From a bacterium (GTDB lineage: Bacteria; AUK180), in assembly GCA_023144005.1 (NCBI GenBank), contig JAGLGN010000006.1, forward strand, positions 1,841-65,840: a DNA stretch of 64,000 nt, given 5' to 3'. Of this stretch, positions 57,200 through 64,000 are shown piece by piece; the stretch's first letter is position 1; every line of letters starts with the position of its first letter. Under the pieces are notes generated by a model. The model was not told where the DNA came from, did no database searches, and saw only the letters and a list, made by a program, of their open reading frames with translations. Made by a program: the position numbers and the translations under genes.

Positions 57200-57862
57200 C
57201 TATTTTTCCTCTTGCGTTCCTTCGGTTTCTTCCTCGGCTCCTTCCTCAACACCTTCTTCACCTTCCAATTCTTCCTCATCAGTAGTCGGCTCAATGAGCT
57301 TCGCAGGTGTCGCTATAAGGATCACTGTTTCATCCGGGGATGAAAGCACTTCGAACTTTTCAAGATCGGCATCAATGTCCCGGACCTTAATATAATCACC
57401 CATATCAAGAGCGGTTATATCAACCATGAAATGGTCAATAAGGTCTTTCGGTAAACACTTAACATGCAGGTCTTTTGTCATCTGATCGACAATACCGCCA
57501 TGCTCAAGGCCGATCGCTTCGCCCGTCAGAACAATAGGTATCTTAACATCGATCTTCTCACCACGCTTAATGGCGAACATGTCGAAGTGAACAATATTGT
57601 GCTTATAGGTATCATATTCGACCTTCTTCAGAATGACTTCCTGCTCCGTTCCTTCAAGGTTCAGATTGATAAGACTGCTCTCCCATTCTATTCTGTTGAT
57701 GAGATTGGTAAATTCCTGCTTCTCAACAGTAACGGGGATCGCCGATTCCAGATGCCTTCCGTAGATTATTCCGGGGATCATTCCTGTTTTTCGGAGTCTT
57801 TTTACCTTTGCGGTTCCCTTGTCTGTCCTTTTTTGTGCTGCTAATTCTTTTATTATCATCAT
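57200..57862 (-). CDS. rplY: 50S ribosomal protein L25 / general stress protein Ctc, with an acidic C-terminal tail
   Basis: ...TDKGTAKVKRLRKTGMIPGIIYG... then ...TTDEEELEGEEGVEEGAEEETEGTQEEK. Confidence 0.85.
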   Translation of the reverse strand: MMIIKELAAQKRTDKGTAKVKRLRKTGMIPGIIYGRHLESAIPVTVEKQEFTNLINRIEWESSLINLNLEGTEQEVILKKVEYDTYKHNIVHFDMFAIKRGEKIDVKIPIVLTGEAIGLEHGGIVDQMTKDLHVKCLPKDLIDHFMVDITALDMGDYIKVRDIDADLEKFEVLSSPDETVILIATPAKLIEPTTDEEELEGEEGVEEGAEEETEGTQEEK

Positions 57863-57881
57863 GCACTCCTATACTTTATAT

Positions 57882-58817
57882 CTATACGAAGAGAGAACTC
57901 ACGGAAGTATTTGTATGTATTCTCAATATTGCTTCACCTATTAGTGATGAAACATTGAATACCTTCAATTTCCGTGAGCTTTTCTTCTGTTCAATTGAAT
58001 TGGTAATGGCAATTTCAAGTATGTTGCTTGCATCCAATTTTTCAACGGCGTTCTTGGAGAGTACCCCATGAACTCCTACAACCCTGACCGCCTTGGCACC
58101 AGCTGCCAGCAAGGCATCGGATGAGTTGATCACCGTACCGCATGTATCGAGGATATCATCGTATATTACAAGACTTTTGTCTTTGACATCGCCTATGACA
58201 TTCAATACCTCACTATGATTGGGGCTGTGCCTTCTTTTATCGATTATTACGATACTCTTTTTCATTCTTTTCGCGATGGCTCGAGTACGCGCCACCCCGC
58301 CGGTGTCTGGAGATACCATCAGGTCAAAATCTATTTTACTGAGATAATTATCTATAAATACAGGGGCGGCATAAAGATGGTCGACCGGTATATTGAAATA
58401 ACCCTGTATCTGATCAACATGAAGGTCCATCGTAATAATTCTCTGCGCGCCGGCTGCGGTAAGCAGGTCAGCGACCAATTTAGCGGTAATGGGCACCCTC
58501 GGCTGGTCTTTTCTGTCCTGCCTTGCATATCCGTAATAGGGCATCACCGCGGTGATACGGCCGGCGGAGGCGCGCTTTAAGGCATCTATGATAATAAGAA
58601 GCTCCATCAGATTACTGTTCACATCTGAAGAAGTAGGCTGTACGATGAAACAATCCATTCCCCTGACATTGTCCTTGATCTTGACAAAGGTTTCTCCATC
58701 GGAAAAATGACGGATCTCGATCGGAGCAAGTTCTATATCAAGATACGAACAGATATCGCTTGTTAGCGGCTGATTGGCATTTCCGCCAAATACTCTGAGT
58801 TCTTTACTATTATACAT
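57882..58817 (-). CDS. prs: Ribose-phosphate pyrophosphokinase
   Basis: ...LRVFGGNANQPLTSDICSYL... with PRPP-binding ...DLHVDQIQGYF... and DDILDTCGT. Confidence 0.9.
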   Translation of the reverse strand: MYNSKELRVFGGNANQPLTSDICSYLDIELAPIEIRHFSDGETFVKIKDNVRGMDCFIVQPTSSDVNSNLMELLIIIDALKRASAGRITAVMPYYGYARQDRKDQPRVPITAKLVADLLTAAGAQRIITMDLHVDQIQGYFNIPVDHLYAAPVFIDNYLSKIDFDLMVSPDTGGVARTRAIAKRMKKSIVIIDKRRHSPNHSEVLNVIGDVKDKSLVIYDDILDTCGTVINSSDALLAAGAKAVRVVGVHGVLSKNAVEKLDASNILEIAITNSIEQKKSSRKLKVFNVSSLIGEAILRIHTNTSVSSLFV

Positions 58818-59526
58818 ACTTCTCCAATTCCTTCAACTGCTCTGGGGTATTCACTCCCATAAGCTGCCAATTATCAGGAAACACATGGGCTGCTACCCGT
58901 TTTCCTTTACCATTCAATACCGAAACAATATCGGTGAGATAATACTCTTTCTGAGCATTATCATTCCCTATACTTGAAAGTCCATCTTTCAAGTCGGGAA
59001 CATCAAGCAGATAAACACCTCCGTTAACAAGGCGAACACTGCGAATATTTTCATCGGCGTCGCGTTCCTCAACAATGCGCTCCAAAAGGCCATTGTTCAC
59101 CAACGCTCTACCATAACCCATCGGGTCATCAAGCCGTAATAAACCTACGGTGAGATCACTGTTCATGTTCTTGTGGGTCTCACCCAGCTCCTCAAGGCTC
59201 TTTCTTTTCAGCAGAGGCGTATCCCCGTTAAGAATGTACACCTCTGAGTTCTCTGTCAGCATAGGCAGGGCCATCATAACCGCATGCCCGGTACCCAGCT
59301 GCTCCTTCTGCTCGGTGAATTCTACATTGGGGAATTCAGACAAAACCTCTTCTTTTACCAGCTCACCCTTAAATCCCACAACCACAATGATCCTCTGAAA
59401 AAAAACCTCAACGGAATGCATCAGATGAGAAATAAGTGTGCGGCCGTTAAGCTCCGCCAATACTTTCGGGGAGTTACCTCCCATTCTTTTGCCGAGGCCT
59501 GCGGCCAATATCACTGCTGTCTTCAT
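58810..59526 (-). CDS. Sugar-nucleotidyltransferase resembling only the N-terminal (uridyltransferase) domain of GlmU; no left-handed beta-helix acetyltransferase domain
   Basis: MKTAVILAAGLGKRMGGNSPKVL..., ~238 aa. The conserved glmU-prs-ctc-pth synteny would predict a full-length GlmU. The longest ORF (to 59586) runs into the tRNA. Confidence 0.55.
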   Translation of the reverse strand: MKTAVILAAGLGKRMGGNSPKVLAELNGRTLISHLMHSVEVFFQRIIVVVGFKGELVKEEVLSEFPNVEFTEQKEQLGTGHAVMMALPMLTENSEVYILNGDTPLLKRKSLEELGETHKNMNSDLTVGLLRLDDPMGYGRALVNNGLLERIVEERDADENIRSVRLVNGGVYLLDVPDLKDGLSSIGNDNAQKEYYLTDIVSVLNGKGKRVAAHVFPDNWQLMGVNTPEQLKELEKYV

Positions 59527-60458
59527 ATCAATATTCTGGCTGGGGTGGAAGGACTCGAACCCTCGAATGGCGGGACCAAAACCCACTGCCTTTCCACTTG
59601 GCTACACCCCAGCATTTTAGTTCCTATCAAATTGTTGGCACGTTCTTTGCCGAACATATCTAAAAATACATCTTTATTCTTGGGGATAAAGAAAATGGTA
59701 GACCCACTTCCGCTGAGCCGCGCAAACCAACTGTTTTCTTTGATCAGATCAAATGTCTCACTATACTCGGGGCATAAGCTGAAAAAAGAGTTCTCAAGAT
59801 CATTGAAACCCACCTCTCCCAATTCAGTAAATGAACAATTATTGCAAATAAATTGTATTTTACTGATTTTTTCATTTCTTGTCAATACTGAAGCGTAATT
59901 TTGACGATCGAAATTCTTAAACACTTCTGAGGTCAAAGCGCCCTTTTCCGGGATAAAGAGAAAGAGTTCGTCACTGCAGGACATATCAAAATACTCGATC
60001 TTGTTCTGAATGCCCGTTATATTGGCGGCGGACCAGCCGGTGAGAAAGAAGGGAATGTCCTTTCCAAGATCGTAGGCATATTTGAAAAGATCCTTGATGT
60101 CGCCGAACGGATGAAAATTCAAATGAAGGTATCGAAGGAATGCCGCCGCGTCGGACGAGCCGCCGCCCAGGCCCCCGCAAACGGGTATGTTCTTTTTTAA
60201 AGATATTTCGATGCCGGATATTTCGGGCATGGATCCGCTGAGATCTTCCCATATCCTTTCCAGAAGATTCTTACCTTTTAGATCTTTCGCATACGGGCCG
60301 GAGACCTTCAAGTCAAAACCGGATGGGCTCTTTTTGAAAGTAAGTTCATCCGAAAGTTCGATCAGGCAGAAAAGAGACTCTATCGGGTGAAAATTTTGAG
60401 AAGCTTTACCCACTGCGAGGTACATATTGACCTTTGCATGGGCCTTTTGGAAATTCAT
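59523..60458 (-). CDS. ispE: 4-diphosphocytidyl-2-C-methyl-D-erythritol kinase; the open reading frame continues through the whole tRNA-Gln
   Basis: GHMP kinase motif PVCGGLGGGSSDAAAFL. The last ~27 codons (CSQVERQWVLVPPFEGSSPSTPARILI) are the in-frame translation of the tRNA sequence. Confidence 0.8.
   Translation of the reverse strand: MNFQKAHAKVNMYLAVGKASQNFHPIESLFCLIELSDELTFKKSPSGFDLKVSGPYAKDLKGKNLLERIWEDLSGSMPEISGIEISLKKNIPVCGGLGGGSSDAAAFLRYLHLNFHPFGDIKDLFKYAYDLGKDIPFFLTGWSAANITGIQNKIEYFDMSCSDELFLFIPEKGALTSEVFKNFDRQNYASVLTRNEKISKIQFICNNCSFTELGEVGFNDLENSFFSLCPEYSETFDLIKENSWFARLSGSGSTIFFIPKNKDVFLDMFGKERANNLIGTKMLGCSQVERQWVLVPPFEGSSPSTPARILI
59537..59611 (-). tRNA. tRNA-Gln (anticodon UUG), CCA encoded
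   Basis: Reverse complement TGGGGTGTAGCCAAGTGGAAAGGCAGTGGGTTTTGGTCCCGCCATTCGAGGGTTCGAGTCCTTCCACCCCAGCCA folds as a cloverleaf: acceptor TGGGGTG/CACCCCA, D-stem GCC/GGC, anticodon stem GTGGG/CCCGC with loop TTTTGGT, T-stem GAGGG/CCTTC with loop TTCGAGT, discriminator G. Closely resembles E. coli tRNA-Gln. Confidence 0.85.
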
Positions 60459-61711
60459 ATCTTTTCCCTGAATATCTTTGCGCCTACGCTACTTAATTTC
60501 TTCTCCAGATTTTCATAGCCCCTGTCAATATGATAGATTCGGCGAATAACCGTCTCTCCCTTCGCTGCCAATGCGGCGAGAACAAGGGAGGCTCCTGCTC
60601 GAATATCCGATGCCATGATCGGGGCGGCTTGAAGCGTTTTCACGCCATTGATAATTATACTTTCGCCTTCTTTATGGATGTCGGCGCCCATTCTTTCCAA
60701 TTCGGGAACCCACATGAAGCGATTCTCAAATATGGTCTCGTGAATATGCGAGGTTCCCTTATTTAAGGTCAGTAATACTCCAAGCAGTGGCTGAAGGTCG
60801 GTTGGAAATCCGGGATACGGCAATGTTCTCACATCGATATTCCCTTTCATTTTTCCAGCTTTAAAGGTGTAAATGCCTTCTTCTTCATCCAGACGTACAT
60901 GATGCCCCATATCCTCAAGTTTCTCTCGAAAGGAGGAAATAATATCGGAATGCTGCCATTTTAATTTGATCTCACCACCGGTGATCAGCGCCGCGGCGCC
61001 TAATGTCCCGAGCTCGATACGGTCCGGCATAACAGAATATTCAATAGGGCTGAGAGTTTCTACGCCTTCTATCTCAATGTATTCTTCTTTTCTCATGATC
61101 TTCGCGCCGGAACGATTAAGGAACTCAACAAGGTCCCAGATCTCGGGCTCTTTGGCGAAGTTCTTCATCTTCGTAATACCTTTCGCCAGAACCGCTGCCA
61201 TAATAAGATTGCATGTGGCGCCTACGGAAGGGAAGGCCAAATTTATCTCTGAACCCTTCAGGTGTTTTGCCTTTCCGACGATATCACCGCCATTTACCTC
61301 GATCGAGGCGCCTAATTTCTCAAAGCCCTTGAGGTGTATGTCGATAGGGCGTACACCCAGGGAACAACCGCCGGGAAAAGAGACTCGCGTATGTCCCTTG
61401 GTAGCCAAAAGCGGCCCCATAACATATATTGAGGCACGCATCGTTTTCACTAATTCATAAGGGGCCTGGTCACTTCTGAGATCAGTAGGATCAATGGTGA
61501 GCCGATTATTTTCAAATGTTGTTTCGGCACCTAGAATATTCAGAAGCTTGATCATTGTCCTTATATCAGCGAGTTCGGGGATATTTGTAAGTGTGACCTT
61601 TTCTTTGAAGAGAAGGGAAGCGGCGATTATCGGCAAGGCGGCATTCTTTGAGCCGCTGACCGTTAATTGACCGAATAACGGCTGTCCGCCGATGATGCGA
61701 AATGAATCCAT
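60455..61711 (-). CDS. murA: UDP-N-acetylglucosamine 1-carboxyvinyltransferase
   Basis: MDSFRIIGGQPLFGQLTVSGSKNAALPIIAASLL... with the active-site Cys region ...PGGCSLGVRPIDIHL... Confidence 0.9.
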   Translation of the reverse strand: MDSFRIIGGQPLFGQLTVSGSKNAALPIIAASLLFKEKVTLTNIPELADIRTMIKLLNILGAETTFENNRLTIDPTDLRSDQAPYELVKTMRASIYVMGPLLATKGHTRVSFPGGCSLGVRPIDIHLKGFEKLGASIEVNGGDIVGKAKHLKGSEINLAFPSVGATCNLIMAAVLAKGITKMKNFAKEPEIWDLVEFLNRSGAKIMRKEEYIEIEGVETLSPIEYSVMPDRIELGTLGAAALITGGEIKLKWQHSDIISSFREKLEDMGHHVRLDEEEGIYTFKAGKMKGNIDVRTLPYPGFPTDLQPLLGVLLTLNKGTSHIHETIFENRFMWVPELERMGADIHKEGESIIINGVKTLQAAPIMASDIRAGASLVLAALAAKGETVIRRIYHIDRGYENLEKKLSSVGAKIFREKI

Positions 61712-62583
61712 CAGCCCCTTTTCTCCGCTATCAGGAATCTGGGAACACCGTTCAGATCTTCAGCGAATTCTATTGAGAAATACCTTGAGGCGAATGCCTC
61801 GACATCTCTTTTCTGATCGTCTCCGATCTCAACGATGAGGACTCCGTTATACTTCAAGAGGCCATTTGCGACAAGGATGATCTTCTTTATAAATTCGAGA
61901 CCGTCTGCGCCGGCGGCCAATGCGTAATGCGGTTCGTATTGGCTGATTTCGGGCATGAGTTTTTCCACTTGCTCATCCGGAATATATGGGGGATTGGAAA
62001 CTATTACATCAACATAACCGTCTATCGTCGTTTTCAATTCTTCATAGTCATCGTGAATAGAGCGGTTCATAAATTTTATTTTTCCCTTGACGCCGTTCTC
62101 TTCCGCATTGCGCTTAGCGACTTCGAGGCTCTTCTCATTATTGTCCATTGCGAACACTTCCACAATATTTGAATTCTTGGCGATAGAGACCGCTATATTG
62201 CCGCTACCGGTGCCGATATCAAGTACCGAGAGCATTCTTTCGAAACGATTGTTGATATGCTCCAAAGCAAGCTCTACCAATGTTTCCGTTTCCGGACGGG
62301 GGATCAATACGGATTCATTCACCATGAATTCCAAACCGTAAAAAGCAGCGGTTCCCAGGATATACTGCATGGGTTTGCGGCGCATCCTTTCCTTGATCAA
62401 TGATTTGTACTGATCTATCTTTTCCTGCGCGATAAAGCCGCTCAGGTCGATGTAGAGCTGTATCCTTGTCTTATTCACAACATGACAGAGCAGCATCTCC
62501 GCTTCCAGCTTACCCTTTTCAATACCGGCTTCCTTCAGGGCGGCATCGCCATACTTGATCAATTCTAAGATCTTATTATCCAT
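61711..62583 (-). CDS. prmC: Release-factor glutamine N5-methyltransferase PrmC/HemK
   Basis: VLDIGTGSGNIAV and the NPPY motif (VIVSNPPYIPDE). Confidence 0.85.
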   Translation of the reverse strand: MDNKILELIKYGDAALKEAGIEKGKLEAEMLLCHVVNKTRIQLYIDLSGFIAQEKIDQYKSLIKERMRRKPMQYILGTAAFYGLEFMVNESVLIPRPETETLVELALEHINNRFERMLSVLDIGTGSGNIAVSIAKNSNIVEVFAMDNNEKSLEVAKRNAEENGVKGKIKFMNRSIHDDYEELKTTIDGYVDVIVSNPPYIPDEQVEKLMPEISQYEPHYALAAGADGLEFIKKIILVANGLLKYNGVLIVEIGDDQKRDVEAFASRYFSIEFAEDLNGVPRFLIAEKRG

Positions 62584-63664
62584 TTTTCACCATTTTTTCC
62601 AATTTCTTCAAATTATCCTCAAATCTAAGCGCAGCTATCATATCTTCGATGTATCCGCCAAGGAACATATCCAATTTATACAGGGTCAGCTTGATCCTGT
62701 GATCGGTGATCCGGTTCTGCGGAAAATTGTATGTCCTTATCTTTTCGGAACGGTCTCCCGACCCGATCATAGACCTTCTCAAGGAATCCCGCTCTGCCGC
62801 CAATTTCCTTTGTTCCTCTTCATAGAGTTTTGTACGAAGAATGATCATGGCCTTGGCCTTGTTCTGTATCTGGGATTTCTCATCCTGACAGGTCACCACG
62901 ATTCCGGAAGGTACATGGGTTACACGCACCGCGGAATCAGTTGTATTGACACTCTGTCCCCCCGGGCCTGAGGATCTGAAAACATCTATTTTCAGGTCTT
63001 CATTATTGATCTTAACATCCACATCCTTGGCTTCCGGTAAAACGGCGACAGTCACCGCAGATGTATGCAGGCGGCCCTGAGATTCGGTAGCGGGTACGCG
63101 CTGTACTCTGTGGACACCGCTCTCATATTTCAAAAAGGAGAATGTGTTCTTTCCGCTGATCTTGACCACGGCATCCTTAATGCCGCCCATTCCGGTATCA
63201 CTGAAGCTCAATACCTCTGTTTTCCATTTATTCATCTCGGCGAATTTGGTATACATGCGAAGAAGTTCCGCGGCGAATAATGCCGCTTCATCGCCGCCGG
63301 TGCCGGCTCGGATCTCCATGATCGCATTCCTCGAATCTTCTGCTATCGGGGGTACTATTTTGAGGATCAGCACTTGATGGAGTGCGATTTTCTTGCTTTC
63401 GAGCTCGGGAAGCTCCTCTTTTAAAAGAGCAACCATTTCGGGATCTTCATTCTTGGAGATCGCATCCTCATATTCCGAGATCCTGCCCACAACGGTAGAA
63501 TATTTCTCAAAAACCTCAGCAACTTCCTTCATGCGAGTGTATTTCTTGGTTAATTCCACATACTCGCTTGAATCAGAGAACTCTTCAGGGTGTGAAACCC
63601 TTTTTTCGATCTCTTTAAATTCCTCTAAGAGTATGGAAATTACATTTTCCAAACTCATATGCAA
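62576..63664 (-). CDS. prfA: Peptide chain release factor 1
   Basis: GGQ motif SGPGGQSVNTTDSAVRVTHVPSG; PxT-type region. Confidence 0.9.
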   Translation of the reverse strand: MHMSLENVISILLEEFKEIEKRVSHPEEFSDSSEYVELTKKYTRMKEVAEVFEKYSTVVGRISEYEDAISKNEDPEMVALLKEELPELESKKIALHQVLILKIVPPIAEDSRNAIMEIRAGTGGDEAALFAAELLRMYTKFAEMNKWKTEVLSFSDTGMGGIKDAVVKISGKNTFSFLKYESGVHRVQRVPATESQGRLHTSAVTVAVLPEAKDVDVKINNEDLKIDVFRSSGPGGQSVNTTDSAVRVTHVPSGIVVTCQDEKSQIQNKAKAMIILRTKLYEEEQRKLAAERDSLRRSMIGSGDRSEKIRTYNFPQNRITDHRIKLTLYKLDMFLGGYIEDMIAALRFEDNLKKLEKMVKNG

Positions 63665-63865
63665 TTATTTGAGATTGTATTTCTTCTTGAATTTTTCCAA
63701 AGTTCCTTGAGTGTCAACAAATCTTTGCTGACCCGTAAAGAAGGGGTGACATGCCGAACATATTTCAACTTTCAGCTCCTTCTTGGTTGACCTGGTTACA
63801 AAAGTACTTCCACAGGCACAACTCACGTTACACTCAACATATTTTGGATGGATGTCTTTTTTCAT
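63665..63865 (-). CDS. rpmE: 50S ribosomal protein L31 (zinc-binding type)
   Basis: [29 protein letters not shown]... Confidence 0.9.
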   Translation of the reverse strand: MKKDIHPKYVECNVSCACGSTFVTRSTKKELKVEICSACHPFFTGQQRFVDTQGTLEKFKKKYNLK

Positions 63866-63936
63866 AATATCCTCCGATTATATAATATCAATCAAAGTGG
63901 CATTGTATCAAAATCTGACAATAAAATCAAATGCAA

Positions 63937-64000
63937 AGTGTGCCTTCAAGCGCATTTTGCATTTGAAGTGTGAAGTGTGGTGTGTGAAGTGTAAGTAGTG
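63937..64000. repeat. GTGAAGTG-type microsatellite-like repeat (also at 39181-39205 and, as reverse complement, at 43155-43180)
   Basis: 'gaagtgtgaagtgtggtgtgtgaagtgtaagtagtg'. The other copies sit beside family-B repeats. Confidence 0.6.

Noticed and set aside
1-64000. CRISPR arrays, rRNA genes, integrase/transposase genes, prophage structural genes
   Set aside because: No regularly spaced direct repeats with unique spacers were seen. There is no 16S or 23S signature. No ORF resembles a tyrosine or serine recombinase, a DDE transposase or phage capsid, terminase or tail proteins. The repeats present are interspersed and of the MITE type rather than CRISPR-like.

Overview
The window is a 64 kb bacterial chromosomal segment with almost all genes on the minus strand. 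The core (17.0-36.7 kb) is one contiguous str-S10-spc-alpha ribosomal super-operon: rpsL-rpsG-fusA-tuf-rpsJ-rplCDWB-rpsS-rplV-rpsC-rplP-rpmC-rpsQ-rplNXE-rpsZ-rpsH-rplFR-rpsE-rpmD-rplO-secY-adk-map-infA-rpmJ-rpsMKD-rpoA-rplQ. A second housekeeping block (49-64 kb) carries mutL-mlaDFE-dnaB-rplI-rpsR-ssb-rpsF-pth-rplY-prs-glmU(N-domain)-tRNA-Gln-ispE-murA-prmC-prfA-rpmE. The left end (0-17 kb) has two prepilin-type genes, one a 1106-aa pilin-fused adhesin, then lptE-like/leuS and an accessory patch (OsmC, OMP, GNAT, CPBP protease, EFR1 flavodoxin-ferredoxin, RlmN-like radical SAM, TrxR-like flavoprotein, isochorismatase, archaeal-type apgM). The middle (37-49 kb) has hypothetical and outer-membrane proteins, a T9SS-type CTD protein, PtsN-like EIIA, a nucleotidyltransferase, and an ExbB-ExbD-ExbD-TonB-TonB cluster with a TonB-dependent receptor. 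Cell-envelope features (T9SS-like CTD, CarboxypepD_reg-TBDR, OMP beta-barrels) suggest an FCB-group or candidate-phylum organism; this is inference only. The most unusual content is non-coding. A ~270 bp MITE-like element with ~22 bp terminal inverted repeats occurs at seven places, and its outward-facing TIR 'TATTTATGAATCAGAACACTAAG' supplies the start codon and first codons (MNQNTK) of at least three unrelated genes. There is also a second interspersed repeat family with a (GGGTCCACT)n-like module, a GTGAAGTG microsatellite-like motif, and a ~230 bp element bounded by perfect 24 bp inverted repeats. Other oddities are ribosomal proteins L30, L17, L9 and L25 carrying long low-complexity tails, a zinc-ribbon L24, and an ispE reading frame that runs through a complete tRNA-Gln. 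No CRISPR array, rRNA or recognisable phage or IS transposase gene is present. By hand count the 344-3664 gene's stop is offset one base from the ORF-track coordinate; the cause is not established (possibly a counting slip), so hand-derived coordinates (tRNA-Gln, rpmJ, repeat boundaries) may carry about +/-1 nt.
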